Origin: Takakia lepidozioides
Lineage: Eukaryota; Plantae; Bryophyta
Direction of reading: 5' to 3'
Length of the DNA: 64,000 nt
Assembly: GCA_030704615.1 (NCBI GenBank)
Contig: CM060733.1
Span: 71,176,001-71,240,000, forward strand
The notes under the pieces were generated by a model. It was not told the origin of the DNA and did no database searches. It worked only from the letters and a program-made list of their open reading frames with translations. Shown here one piece after another: positions 35,901 to 49,500 of this stretch; the first letter of the stretch is position 1, and each line of letters begins with the position of its first letter. Position numbers and translations under genes: made by a program.

Positions 35901-38900
35901 TTCCCCAAACCGGACAAACTGTCTGACCCCACATTCGACATGTGGATGAACCGCATGACATGGTGGTTTCAGGTACTTCCCCACGCTTCGTTTGGCGCTT
36001 CTACTCTTGTAGGGGGTGGATTCATTGTATTTTTTGAGGAAAACGATCTCATGGAGAATCTCCACAGGTGACGACGAATGCGCAAGAGCAGCTGGACACA
36101 CAAGCACATCGGTTCAAGATGGAGATTTCTCGTGCAGCAGAGAGCCTACGCGACTATGTGACGAGGTACTTTTTGCTCTACAAAACCGACCTATTCTTTC
36201 AGGAGATACCCCATGCCCGCCGGAGCCATGAGATCACCGACCAGCCGAACGCGGACAAAGCAGCAATGCGCCTTCTGTACAGGTACATACGTGATGCCTT
36301 CCTTTCAAGTCCTTGCATTTCAGGATGTTAGAGGCCTCATGTGGCGCATGAAAATTGGTCTTTGGGAAAATGGCGCCGAATTTCCAGTTCAGGGCTCCGA
36401 AAATGGCTAAGTCCCTAGGGTGGCTGGCCCTGAACTGGAAATTCGGCGCCATTTTTCCAGTTTTAGGCCCTATTACCGTTCTGGGACTTAGCCATTTTCG
36501 GGCCGGACCAGGGAAAATGGCGCCGAATTTCCAGTTCAGGGCTCCGAAAACTGCTAAGTCCCTAGGGTGGCTGGCACAAAAAACCGAAATTCGGCGCCAT
36601 TTTTCGAGTTTTAGGCCCTGGCAGTTTTGGAACTTAGCCATTTTCGGGCCAAACCGGGGAAAATGGCGCCGAATTTCCAGTTCCGGGCTCCCAAGATGGC
36701 TAAGTCCCTAGGGTGGCAGTCACCGAAAACCGAAATTCGGCGCCATTTTTCCATTTCTAGGCCCAGTCAGATCCGCCCCAACCTGGGAAAATGGTGCCGA
36801 ATTTGCAGTTCAGGGACCTCATTGTGTTTTTCATGAATGCAGGTACTGCAAGTTCTCCCTTTTGGAGAAAGGTCATCTGTCTTTCGAGCCACCATTCTTC
36901 CTGGCATGGAGGAACCCTGGGGCTGACTCCATGTACACTGACGATATTGTGAAGGAGTGGCATCTGGAACATTTGCGTGATTGCCCTTGGGTATGTGGAC
37001 CTTCCGCCCGGCTCGCTCGACCCATCCGAGTTTCAATTGAAGTTGGATGCTGAGGCCCGACGCAACCGGGCTCCGCTGCCTCCGCTGGGTGCAAAAGAGG
37101 CAAAAGCGCTTGCGAACTCCAGGAAAGCGGCAGAGCTTGCTCAGGCAGGAATTCAGGAGAAATTGAATGAGAAGAATAAAGGCCAAAGGAAAAGGACAAG
37201 GAAACAGGTGAGTACAGTAACACCCAAAAAACAGAAAACCATCGGGGCATCAGAGGGGGCGCAGGAGGGGACCCAAGGGAGTGACTCGGACGACGACTTT
37301 GTTCAAGGTCCTGCGACTGCTGTTGCTGCTACCAAGTCACCGGTCGTCCGGGTTCCCAAGTCAGTTCGGAGTGGGACTGGCTCTGCCAAGAAGTTGGCAT
37401 TTGAGGGCGAGCCTACACGGCGGTATTCGGCGGTGACGTTTACGCACAGGCCAAACCTAGAACCTCCAACCATCATCCAATGTGTCAATGAGAGCTTCCT
37501 TGACGCTCTCGCTGCCAGGGCGAAGAAGGTGGCACACAGCAAGTCTCTAGCGGAGCAGAAAGGGAAAGCCAAGAAGAGGGCTGCCGGTACAGAGCCTAAA
37601 GACACCCTTGGTTTTGAAGCCATGATGGAATTCTTCACGGCTATGAGCACGGATTGCAAGAGCACTCGGGGGGGGGGGTTGAGGTGGAGAGAGCTTGCGA
37701 TATGATTCTCCTCGACATTCCAGATGGGGAGCTGCTAGAGGGCCTGGATGGTGTGCCCACCTAGAACAGGTTTACTGAGGACTACTGGAAAGCCGGGTTT
37801 GGGCTGGCGGAGATGCTCCTGGATGATGGTGGATATGTGGTTGTCCTTGCCACAAGAGGGAAGACCACAGAGAATGCGGTGGCAAGATGGACACCGAAAA
37901 GTGTCACCCCGGTCCTCCTCAGAAAATGGTTCTGCATCAATACACAGGGGTTGCGAACAGAGGGCCAAAGTGTATGTTATCAATCTATTGCATTCACCTT
38001 ATATTGTGGTGTATCTAAACTAGATCCCGGAGTTGATCCCTCTTTTGTTGGATGTGCAGACATTGGTGTTTGAGGCATATTGCTTTGTGAAGAGAGGGTC
38101 TACGTTCAAATTCCGCAACGACGGTCGTCTTGTTGATGCCGCTATGGACCCTGTTACCTACGATGTCCTCTACAACTATGTGCCCCACTCCAGTATGCCG
38201 AAGGACACAAAGACAGGCAAACCGTGGCGGTACAGCCGGACCCAGAGCCCTGCTTTCATCCAAACCCTCATGGAGACGTGCTCGGATGTCCAAGGGCGGA
38301 TTATGGACCTCACATGCGGCACGGGTAAGCCTTCACGTGCTCAGTTTGTCCCTAGCCCGATTGCAATTGCATGCCGCAAGCTATTAACCGCCCGCTTTGT
38401 TCCTCAGGTGCTTCAATGTGGGCAGGGACGTTGTCCGACAGGCATGTGTTTGCCTTCGAGCCAGATACTGCCCTCCACGACTCGGAACTTGCAGCGGCTG
38501 AACGTCTGCCAAAAGAGGAAGAGGCATCCTCGGAGGATGAGGACAAATCTGAGAAGGAGCAGGGGGAGGAACAAGTTGGGATCGAGGCCGAGGAGCCCCC
38601 GGTGTACGAGTGAGTGGTCGCATTGTAAGTTGCCTGCTGATTTCGTGAGGCACCTCCCTTCGCTCTCTTATTTCATTGAAAACCCTTTCTGCTTCTGCTG
38701 GTATTGACATTCTTGAAGTGGATTTGTTCTTATTGTAGGATGCCAAGTACGGCAGGAGGGACGTCTACACCGGAGTTCATGGGCAGGAGGAACATGCCTT
38801 TTTTTGCCAGGGGGGATTTCATGCCTAGTCCAGAAAGGGACTACATCCTTCCTACTTATGCTGCCCGGCTTGCTTCGGTGTCCATTAGGAGGTGTTCCGA

Positions 38901-39195
38901 ACCTAGTCGTGTACAGCAGATTTTAGACGAGGCAAGCCTCAAGAAAATGAAGATGAGGGAGGAGGCAGCAGCTATTAGAGCCCGGGCTCGTAGATTTGTC
39001 TTGGATTCTGCTGAGGAAAGTGGGGGAGAAGAGGCAGAAGATTCCCAGGAGGTGAGGTGGACAGTCCCCCAAGGAGAGGACGGCATTTTTGAGAAGCATA
39101 CTGCAACCGATGCATCACAGAGCTCGGAGGATGGGGGGGATGAGGGGGATGAGGAAGAAGGAGGGCCAAGTTCCTCGGAAGGTGTAGGAGAGTAG
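32960..39195 (+). pseudogene. ParB-MTase fusion gene (copy C), same exon structure as copy A
   Basis: Colinear and highly similar to 8156-14771. Lesions: TGA 34832, DGNHR>DGNHC, +1 G at ~36990, 11-G run at 37668-37678, TAG ~37762. Confidence 0.85.
36364..36812. repeat. Intronic palindrome array, 72-74 bp spacing, alternating orientation
   Basis: GGCGCC cores at 36372, 36445, 36519, 36593, 36665, 36739, 36793. Same intron as the 95-bp array of copy A. Confidence 0.9.
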
Positions 39196-41036
39196 TTCCC
39201 ATTCCTGCTATGACAGTTAGGACACACTTGTATAGACGTGGCTTGCCACAAAATTTGCAATAAAATGTTGCATTTCATTGCTATGACGAGTCCACATGAC
39301 CCTATTTCCGTGGACAGACAATTCCAATGCACAGGTTGCCCCAAGCTGAACCATCTTTCTCTAATAATGCAGGTGTACTAAATAGATTGCAGGAAATTAA
39401 CCTATCATCACTCAGCTGTGTGTATGTGGCATACGTAACACCCCCTTAACTCTGACAGAATCACAGAAGCATCCCTAATTTATACACTATGATAAAAAGA
39501 TAGCAGGCCTTGCTGGTTTGTACTCTACTATGCTCGAAATTGCATGTGCAATTGACATGAGAAGCCCAATGCAGCAGTGGGACGAGATTCATGATACTGG
39601 AACTAGTATATCAAGAGCAAAGAAGCATCACACACTCAGTGACAGTGGGAGGGATGCATCTGCTCTCTATCAACACTCCAGTAGACCCATGCATCATCTC
39701 CCCTTCTCTCTACATCCTCCCTGGTTTGAAATCAGGCCGACTCCATTCCATTTTCAAAAGTGTTACCTCCTACATCACTCTCACTTGAGAGCCTTTCACA
39801 AAAATGTCAACAACTATCCTAAGTTCCAAGAAAAAAAAGCCCAGTTTCCATGAACTTATCTGTCTTATAATCTTGGTGAAGCGATGGGGTTGCCTGCCTG
39901 AAATGGCACCTCACCATCTTTGTCAGCAGCTACCCTACTCCTCTTTGTCATCTGAATTCATGGCGTTCTAAGAATATCACGCATGCAAGAGCCCTGCACC
40001 TCCTCGGCACTCCATCTGCCAGGTATTCAGAATCCATTAAATGCCGACGGCACTGCCCTATCTACTGGCAGCACTACTGCCATTTGTTGATTAGCTCCTC
40101 TATCCCACCATCTGTGCAAATCTACCCTAAGGTAAGACATTATCTATGACATGAAAGCTTCAGCATCTAAGTACTTCTTGCTTTGTACATTCACACCCCC
40201 TACCTCTCTATTTAAAGATAATTTGCGTCTGCCAATCCAGTGCCCGCATCTCCATGAATGCAATTCAGCTGGCGATTACAGAAGATACACAAGCTGCCTT
40301 GAAGCTCATCCTCCCTGTCATCATGGTCATGAAAGTAACGGCGGCACTGCTGCCCCTCCACCGAGCTGCTTCCCCCGCAACTCCTACACCCTCAGAGATC
40401 GAATCACAGGCGGCACCGCCTCTATGGGGGTTGCTATTCCATATGCACAGGTTGCGTGCATGCATGCACAAAATCCCTTATTATATATGCATGTGACAAA
40501 TTTGTAGCACACATTGTAGATTGTATGCGGTGGAGTTATATAACATAGAATACGACATATTTATTGCATATGCAAATGTTACATCATATGTATATAGAAA
40601 AATAAATAAAAAATCTTAGCTAACAAAATCAGTAGTCAATGGTCAAAGATGCATGTGACCACTAACTCCAACTAATGCACCACCTTAAACTGAAGAGAAT
40701 ACAAGATCCCTGGCCACAGTAATAGTTTGCAAACTTGTATTCAAGGAAAACAGTTTCATATTAACCAAAATATGGACTTTTGTACTAACAAATGCATATG
40801 TGTCATGTTTGGAACCACCACATTGCATTGTCTGTTTGTAATGCCAAGCAGTTCTATAATTTGAAAACTTGTATGACAGGTACACAAGTTCCATTTTAAC
40901 CAAAATAGGAACTTCTGTACTAACAAATGCTATATGTCATGTTTGGAATAAAGTAGTAACAATATAATTACATGTCACATGCATGAAAATGAACGGCACA
41001 AGTTAGAGGTTCTTTTTTTGTGCATTTCATGTGTCA

Positions 41037-43665
41037 CTAAGAAGTTGAACTAGGGTCCTTCTTTAGCATAGCCCTAACCTCTAACTGGCTAAGGGAAGGT
41101 TGGTGGATCTCATAAGCCCCGGCGCATCCTAGATGCACGTTGTACATGAAGTACATGTGCTTACAAGGTAGATATGTTTGTTTTTCTTCTTGACAGATAG
41201 CTCATCAAAGTCGGGACAATCACAAGATGGAAACTGACCAATGTATACATTGTAAACCAATCCTGCTCTGGTAGATCCCTCTGTTTGTAGCTGGTAAATT
41301 CTCCCATAACCTGGCTGAGGCACGTTTCTGAATCCACGAACCTCAGCAATAAGAGTCTCCGCTGACTCTTGGTGACTCAAGTGTCGAGGAGTTGGATCCC
41401 GATGCCAAATGCGCACCCCATAGCGTGTAGTGGGATACTTACCCACAGGAAGGACAACACCTTGATGAATATGTTGTTCCACTGGAAGTGGTCCCACAGG
41501 AAAGTTCGGATCAGGAACGTTGGGAGGATGGACTAGTCGAAAACCTGCAAGGGTCAAGTTGTCCACCTCTTCTTGTGTAAGGTTGGTTCCAACCTTCACA
41601 GGCCACACGTTAGGTATACCCGGTTTTCCCAAGCAATAGGATGGCACAGTCCCTCCAACACACGACAAAACATCTGTGGGGCAAAACCAAAAAACTTGCA
41701 GTTTTGGTTCTTTCATGTTCGGTGCTAGTAACTTGCCAGTGAAGCAAGGTGCATGACTTCCTTTACCTTTCCTGATGAGCGCTTTGCATTTATCCTTGGA
41801 AACTCCAACCAAGGCAGAACAACGAACCATGGAAGCAGGACCTGTCCGCTGAATCCTGAACAATGCATCGGAAAAGTCTTGTGTCTCTCTCACTGGATTT
41901 CCCCATTGCATTGGCTGAGGAGGGATAGCAACATGTGAATTTGTCTCACAGAAAGTCGAAGAACCAGGAATGTCATGACTTGATTTGGAGCTGACAAACC
42001 TAGATGGCTAGTGTGGACTAGGCATCCCAGTGGCGCGCACTGGAACAGTCTTTACATTCATATCACACCTCCAAGATTCATTTGGCCCACCATGCTCATC
42101 GCCTAACTTGCGTTTGACTGGAATAGTGCGATTGTCTCCCTCCAATTGAACCCCCCTTGTGTGCATGGGTGTTCCAGCTACTATGCCACGTACAACCTTA
42201 CCCATTTTTGCTGGGCTATTAGATCTAGCTGCTTGACGCAACATGAGCTCCTCTTTGTCGGGCCCTGTCCCCCATGTCTTTCCTGTGGTGTGCCTATAAA
42301 ATGTTGCCTGCTACAAAAGAGCTCGTGACATGTCATGCATGGTGGCCTCATATAGATCCACCTTCATTTTTTTCCCATTGCATGTTGTCTTCCACCAAGC
42401 AGAATGGACTGCCTCAGACAAATTAGTGGTAGGTATATCTGCATCTGCCTCCACATCCATGTCCTCTCTCATCCATTGGCCCCACATTCGATATCTGTAG
42501 TGCCACCATGCAAGCCATGAATCCAGTTTTGGCAGACTCTTTTCTGTGCATGCTCCTGAAGAGAGCCACCAAGCCCGAATTGCAATGTATGTGGTTGTAG
42601 CATCCTCCAAGGTAGCACTATCTTTCCATTCATAACAGAGCTGAGTGTGCCTTTCACGGAAGTCCTCCAAGATATAGTCGTTGGTGTGTCTTCGGAGGCT
42701 TTCAGCCCAATGATATAAAAATGTTATTTCTTTACCTTCCATTGGGACATTGGGATCAGATCCATAAACCCTTCGAACAGCAGCCCAATTCGCTCCTGCT
42801 GCATCCGCCATGAAGCCAGCAAAATTTGGTTTGTTCAAGCCAGCAAGTTTTGCTTGTTCATTGATCATCTCCCAAAATAACACCTGAGCATCTGCATCCT
42901 CTGTTTTCATATCGCAAATGGCAATGGTTTGACCACGGGGGGGAGTTCGTGGATCACTTTTCCATCAAAAGCTCGAGGAAGACACCGAACACGATGCACT
43001 GGAATGTGACTATAGTCCAAGGTAGAGAGCTCTCCTTTTGATCCATTCCTCCAAGCAGTGGCCAAGATACTCAAAATGGACAACACACCAGAAGGAAATG
43101 CAGATGTAGCCTCCCCTGCTAGTCGTGGAGATGAAGATAAACCCCTCGCAAATTCGCAACAATCAAACGTGGTGTTGTCCAATGGAGTTTTCCGAGGCTT
43201 CATGTCGTGAAGCAAGACCGTATGAGCAGATGAGGAAGGTTGAGATCCACAAAATACACTCTTAGAAACCTCAACACAATCTGAATTATGAGACCCCAAG
43301 CTCGCCGAATCTGCAACCTCTTCCTTCAATTTACAACTCCCATTTGTTGCAGCTTGATCGTTCTTTCTTGCAATAGAAGTGTGTCTCTCATCATGTGACT
43401 GTGTATAGCTCGTACCTGTGACACGGTACTTGGAGAAAGTGTCTGGAAACAACTCCCATTGCTTTTGGCCGTCATTGAAAACTGGAAGCAACACTGTGGA
43501 GGCATCATCATCTCCATCATCCTCCAAAAAAACTGAACCCGGAACAAGTTTGAATCTATTGCATAACCAAGGTTCTGGGATAATGCGCTTGTTTCCATTG
43601 CAAGGATAACGAACCACTTTTGCATCAGGTGGACATGAAAGCAATGCATATTTTGGTGTAGACAT
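41037..43665 (-). pseudogene. MULE transposase with ~0.9 kb internal deletion (copy D)
   Basis: FMADAAGANWAAVRRVYG, FLYHWAESL, TTNLSEAVH, PSCDCPDF..CKH. Jumps from HELPPVVK straight to IAICDMK at ~42927, removing the Cys-rich region and the first catalytic Asp. Lacks the intron present in B and C. Confidence 0.88.
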
Positions 43666-44384
43666 TTGGCAATGCCCTCAAAGTTTGAGAGAAGATGCAA
43701 AATGAATAAAAGCGCACATCTTGCAAGACCTTATGCAAATACATTAAATGGCTTACATTACTTATGTGTATCATCAATCCAGAAGGTCCAAATTTTTTGA
43801 GGCATGTGCTCCATCCATATTATTCTCTGACAGAAACAATTAAATGGACTATCCCCTATTTTTAAGACGACGGCGCCGTCGTTGAGATCTTAGAATCCAA
43901 TGTACTGCCTTCTTCTTATGAGCATATGAAACATAAATGCTCTGCATGTTTCCATTTATTTTACAACCAATCGTTGATTAATCGTCCAACTATGAACTGA
44001 CACACTAGATGGCACAATTTATTTACAATCAAATCCCATGACATGTATGTTGATTTGTTCTTTGATTACTCATGTATGAGTAATGAGTACAAGTATTTGT
44101 GGCGACAATTGACTCTAAAACCAATAAATTGATTAAGACACCCATAACAAAATATTTAGTTACTTTATCACTTACTTTATATTGTATTATGAAGGCGCCG
44201 CCACAAAGTAACATGTCAATCGTACAACCATCTTCTGAGGATCCACATGTAACCCATGTAGTCCAAAAAGCACTAACGCCAGAGTGTATAAAAAAGGTTC
44301 ACATTTCAGATTTGGCCAATTTGGCCTTTTTAAGGCCTTAGCTTTCACTACGCCCTCGCCCCCCTTCCCCCCCTGCTCTCCTTG

Positions 44385-44448
44385 GCGGGGGCAGGTTTGA
44401 ACCCGCAACCTAGTGGAAAATACACCACAACCTTACCAACAAGCCATG
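44385..44448 (-). repeat. tRNA-like / SINE-head-like remnant
   Basis: Minus strand has TGGCTTGTTGG (A-box-like) and GGTTCAAACC (B-box-like); no convincing cloverleaf. Confidence 0.35.
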
Positions 44449-44854
44449 CTCTATTCAATGAAACAACCTCTACTTTTTTGTTAATAAACTGTTTCTATTC
44501 AGTTAAACTTGTTGCCATTACTACATGACTAACCCGGTATCATTACTACACTAACGTAGTCTAGTATACTTGCACATTATCCCTTGCCACTCCCCCAAAC
44601 AAACACACACAAACTACACAAGCACTTAACACGTCTCTAGTCTCTACACCCTGGAGACTCCTGTTGCGAAGAGGAGACGGAGGCGCCGCATCTCGGCCTT
44701 ATACTATACCACCCCGAGGCAACGAGCTGTTGCGGCGATGGGGAGGAAGAAGGACACTCGAGGGGGAGGCGTTGCTGGTGGTGGTGGTGGTAGAGACAAG
44801 CTGTGGACGAAGAAGGTAAGCTGTAGTTTTGTTTTTTTTTCATGACCTGCACTT

Positions 44855-46565
44855 AGGCATATGCGCCATCGCATAAGCCCCACCAAGCTGCTCCTAATCT
44901 AGCACCTCCGCCGGCGCAGATGCCTAAGTCACTTCAACTCTCACAAGTTTGCGAATCTCCACATATACACACAACCGTCTCCGCCGGCAGAGATAGCTCA
45001 TTCCCCTTGGTTTTTTCTGATGCTTGGAAGGGCTGGGCTGCCACCTCCGCCGGCGCATACCGTTGGAGCTGGGATGCTCACATGTTTCAGGAAGTGCTCC
45101 TCTACTCCCATCTCGTTTATTTTTTTGCATGCTCATATGTTGCTGATGCTCCGAGCGGGTTGGGCTAGCGTATTCGCCGGCGCATACCTGTGCAGCAGGG
45201 CTGCTCAAATGTTTTAGGAAGTTCTCCCCTTTTCCATCTCCTTTGTTTTTCCGCATGCTCAAAAGTTGCTGATGCTTCGAGTGGGCTGCGCTGGCATATC
45301 CGCCGGCGCATACCCATTGAGTACATTCTTTTTTGCTCAGCTCATAGGTTTCAGGAACCTCCTGCAAGCGTCTCCGCCGGCGGAGACACTTGGAGCTTGG
45401 TTTTTTTTGCATATTCCCTGTGTCACGGAAGCTCCAAAGCGCCAAGGCTGCCACCTCTGTCAATGCAGACCCGTGCAGCTGGGCTGCTCACATATTTCAG
45501 GAAGTTTTCCCCCCCCTTCCATCTCTTTTGTTTCTCCGCATTCTCATAAGTTGTTGATGCTCCGAGCGGGCTGGGCTGCCATATCCGCCGACGCATACCC
45601 ATTGAGCACAATCTCTTAGCAAAAGCGAAAGCGAACAAAGCGACAGCAGAAGTGGCTTGCCTGAGAGTACTCGGCTTCAGTTGGCGCGGGTTGTGAGCAA
45701 GACACTGGAATCTCCTGCTGGAGCTTAAGTTTGGCCATGCGAGAGATTGGCCGTCGTCCGTAGTACAAAGCTTTCAACTTCCGCCGCGGTCTGGATGTGA
45801 GGTCTCTCTCAGGAGAGCCATGCCCTTCAGGCGGCATAAGTCCTAGCCAAAATGGAAAAAAATCTCAGTTTTTTGGGGTACATGCCTCGAATAGAAATTA
45901 ATCCAAGATTAGCATCAGATTTAGGGTACGTATCGAGGAAGCCATGTGTCGCCAGCCCAAATAAAAACGGACGGCGGTGGACATTTAACGCCCATCCGCC
46001 AGGTACGGCGGCGCGCAAAATTTCCGTCACGCAGGTAATTCGGAGAGCAGCAGGATGGAAATTCAGCGCTGGATTTCCATCCTGCCAGGTAGGGCGTCGC
46101 GCAAAATTTCCACCACGCAGGTAATTTGGAGCCGGATGGATGGAAATCCGGTGCCAGATTTTCGTCTTGTCAGGTAGGGCGGCACGCGAAATTTCCGCCA
46201 CTCAGGTAATTCGGAGCCGGATGGATGGAATTTTTTTTTTGTATATTCCTTGTGTTACGTAAGCTCCAAAGTGTCGAGGCTGCCACCTCCGTCGGCGCAG
46301 ACGCTTGGGGAACCTTCCCTATTTTGGTTGATCACAGTATTCAAGTATCTCAAAGCTTCTACGTTGCCACCTCCACAACTCCACATGCTTCCATAGGCCT
46401 AGTTTGATCTTTCAAGGTGCTCATGTATGTTTGGCTACAACCTCCCTTCCATGGTATGCGCCGGCGCATATGCTTGGAGCTCCTTGAGCAAAAATTTCTT
46501 CAAGGGCCTCAAATCTTGTCAAATTTTGAGTTGGTTGCACATATGTGTCATATGCGCCGGCGTAG
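44855..46565. repeat. Intron-1 array of (TATG/CTC)CGCCGGCG(CATA/CAGA) palindromes of copy D
   Basis: Cores at 44909, 44982, 45048, 45175, 45301, 45375, 45586, 46290, 46459, 46555. Confidence 0.85.
45616..46230 (-). mobile_element. Inverted fragment of an A/C-type element (array end + leader + exon 1) inside copy D
   Basis: Reverse complement matches ~32500-33180 (MPPEGHGSPERDLTSRPRRKLKALYY...). Confidence 0.9.
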
Positions 46566-49500
46566 GTGGTCAGAGGTCCTCTGTCGGGATGCTCAGGCGT
46601 GTATTCTGTTCCAAGTTGTAAGCTTTGAAAGACAAGGATATTCATGGAATTAGTTGACTATCCAAATTCATTTGTTTTCTTCATGCAACCATGACACTGA
46701 ACTGCTCTTTTTACATGTTATACATTCACACATGTGCTCTTCTCATACACTGACATCTTGAACTGTTTTGGTCTATGGAATTAGGAAATTACTACTACAA
46801 CTGAAGCTGTGGAGGCCGGGACGCTTGCAACCATTATTGACGACATTGATGCAGGGAATTGGGGGGCAGATGAGTATGAAGAGGATACGACATCTAGTGA
46901 TCCTCTTTCTCTAGATGCCAAACAGGCAATTATTTTGGAAAAGAAACAAGATCTGAATGTAACTTTCAGGTCCCTCCTCATTGAGGATGGAGTTATGGAC
47001 ATTCCATTGTGTCGCATGATTTCTATGCAGGTTGTTAGGCCCGCCCTTGCCAACGACATCCTAAAGCTTAGAGGAGACTTCTATTCTGGATACCATCCAG
47101 GAGCAGCCGTGTTCTATGTTTTTGAGGGGATTGATGGATCTACTATAGATGTAGGTCCTGATATCATCTCTACATGGGATAGTCATTGGAAAACAGTCAA
47201 TGATGAATTTGAGAAGTATCTTGAGTCCAAGCCAAAGTTGCATCATCTTCGGGGGAAGATGTTTCATGTCTGAGATGGGAATCATAGGCTTCAAACATGG
47301 TATCCCTATATCAATGAAGTTCATGGGGCCAACTTGTCAAGACATGTATGTGTGACAAGTTGGGTGCTCAATGCGGACATTGAAAATCGTGGTTCCCTCA
47401 GGTCCATCATGGATGGAGTGAATGTGTGAGTTTCCTTTCTATTCTTCATTTACTTTCATGTTCAATGTTGTCATGTTCTTGCTCAATGGATGTACATATA
47501 CACATCTTCTTTCTAATGATCATATTTTATATGTGCAGGGCAACAGAGAGGGCACATGTTACATCCAAATTTGTGCACTTGGTTTGCAAGGTCAATATGA
47601 TTGGCCTTACACCTGTCTCTGAATGGAAGAATGTATTGAGGAAAGAGCAATACGACGAATGCATCAAGAAAGCAGGAAAGACTTGGTATAACCTGACAGT
47701 CCATGCAATGACAGAGATTTTGTACAAGGTAACATCATGTCTTAACCAAGTTTCATTCTTTGCATCCATAGACAAGATTCACCTCTGGTTCATGTTATGA
47801 ACTGTTTTGGTTCTTTTGGTAGCATGATATTGTTGAGGCCCAACGCATGGTGGGGGAAGCTTACAAACTTGCTAGGGGCCAAAGAGTCAAGAGGGCCTTG
47901 AAGATACAATGAGACAGGTTGGATTGAAAGCAAGGGAGCAACACAAGAGTCAGCTGAAGTGAAGTTGCTTCCTATTGTTGATCCAACCCTTGGAGAGGGG
48001 TTTCTCCAAGAACTTAAACTGCATTGGTCACGTGTAAAGGCAGGATCAGAGGAAATGACCCAAGAGAAAATAGTGAACATTGCTACCGCCCGGGTGGATC
48101 TTGAAGAAAAGGTGGAATGGCTACATATATGGAATGGAGACCAAACACTTCACGACCGTAATTTTTTTCCACCCAGGCCTATCAGTGGGCCAACACTTGA
48201 TCCTTGGCTGAATAGAAGGACTTTTTGGTGGCAGGTACATATACAATCACTATCTTCTCAATGCAATTAATTCATTTTGTTGATGACACATTAACATAGT
48301 TATTTAACTGACTGTATTTTCTGGCAGCTTCACAAGGTTGCCTTGGCTCAGTTTGCCTTGTACACCACTCAGCTTGGCCAATTTCATGTTGCCTTGGAGG
48401 AAGGAGAGAGTGAGAGTCTGGGAGACTACATGGATACATGGAAGATGACTCATTTCAATGAGTTGTTTCATAGAGAGTTCTCATTGCCAAAGGGGCCATT
48501 CAGAGGCAATGATTGGGAACAACAAACAGGTGGGGAGAAGGTGGTGAGACGGATTTTATTCAGGTACCATCTTTCCATTGCATTGTACATAGATAGTGTA
48601 TACACCTTGTAAGTCAAAAATGTCTATGCTTCAAGTATTTTCTAGTACATTGGGATATACATGTTTCTTAATGTGCTTGTTCAATTGTTGAACAGGTTGC
48701 ATAAATATTTGTCTCCACAATAACTTTGAATATGTTTGTATTTTAGGTACATGAGATTTGTGCTTGTACCGAGTGATCGACTTAAGGCTGAGCCCAAGTT
48801 TTTGATGGCCTGGAAGTTTGGTGCTCAACAAGCTTCCATGTACACACCTGCAATTGAGGAAGATTGGGGTGTGGAACACCGGGAAGGGGGGGGTTGGTAT
48901 TTGGATATGCCCAAGGGTACTATCCCCTATGCAAAATGGGACTTCATAAGGAATGTGTTCGCAGGCAGTCAGTGAGTGATGAAGGGGGTATCTCCACTGA
49001 AGTCCTTGTTCTTGATCTGGAGCATGCAGAACAGATTGCTACACAGGCTGCTAACGCTGTAGCCCAAGTGGTCCCCGCCATTGTGGGTGTACCAAAACGC
49101 AAATCACGAAAAAGAAAAGGTGCGGATGTCAATGCAGGTGTGGCCCCCAAGGTGTGGCTTCTATTGGTGGTCCTATTGGTAGTTCTTCACATCCTTCAAA
49201 TCAGTTGGTTGTAGTGCCTGCACCTACTACTCGAGGAAACATGCCAAAGGCAGGCGAACATCCTTACAGTGCAGTGTCATTTTCTGGTGGTGCACCTAGC
49301 ATGTATCGCATGAAGATCATGCCTACTCATTTCATTGATATGGTGGAGGCCTCAAGTACATCTCCTGATGCGACCTTGAAAGAGCTCATGGAGTTCTTAA
49401 AAAATGTGAGTTTCCCCCAACAAACAAACTTGAATGTAAGGAATTCTTCGATGTTTTTATATCCTCATCATCCGGCTATTGACTCCTACATTTTATGTAT

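Larger units (their letters stand above)
26356..39321 (-). mobile_element. Copy C of MULE/ParB-MTase transposon (both genes present; last ~85 bp of right end missing)
   Basis: Left terminus GAGGTTAGCTATTTCATGAGCATGAGCGG; transposase (-), arrays, ParB-MTase (+). Similarity to the copy A 3' end stops at ~39321, before the TIR. Confidence 0.85.

Noticed and set aside
39322-40417. LINE or other coding remnant as the target of copy D (continues at 52018-52490)
   Set aside because: Only vague RGGAV-like snippets and no diagnostic motif; left unassigned.
44385-44448. Functional tRNA gene
   Set aside because: A/B-box-like motifs only; acceptor and anticodon stems do not pair convincingly.
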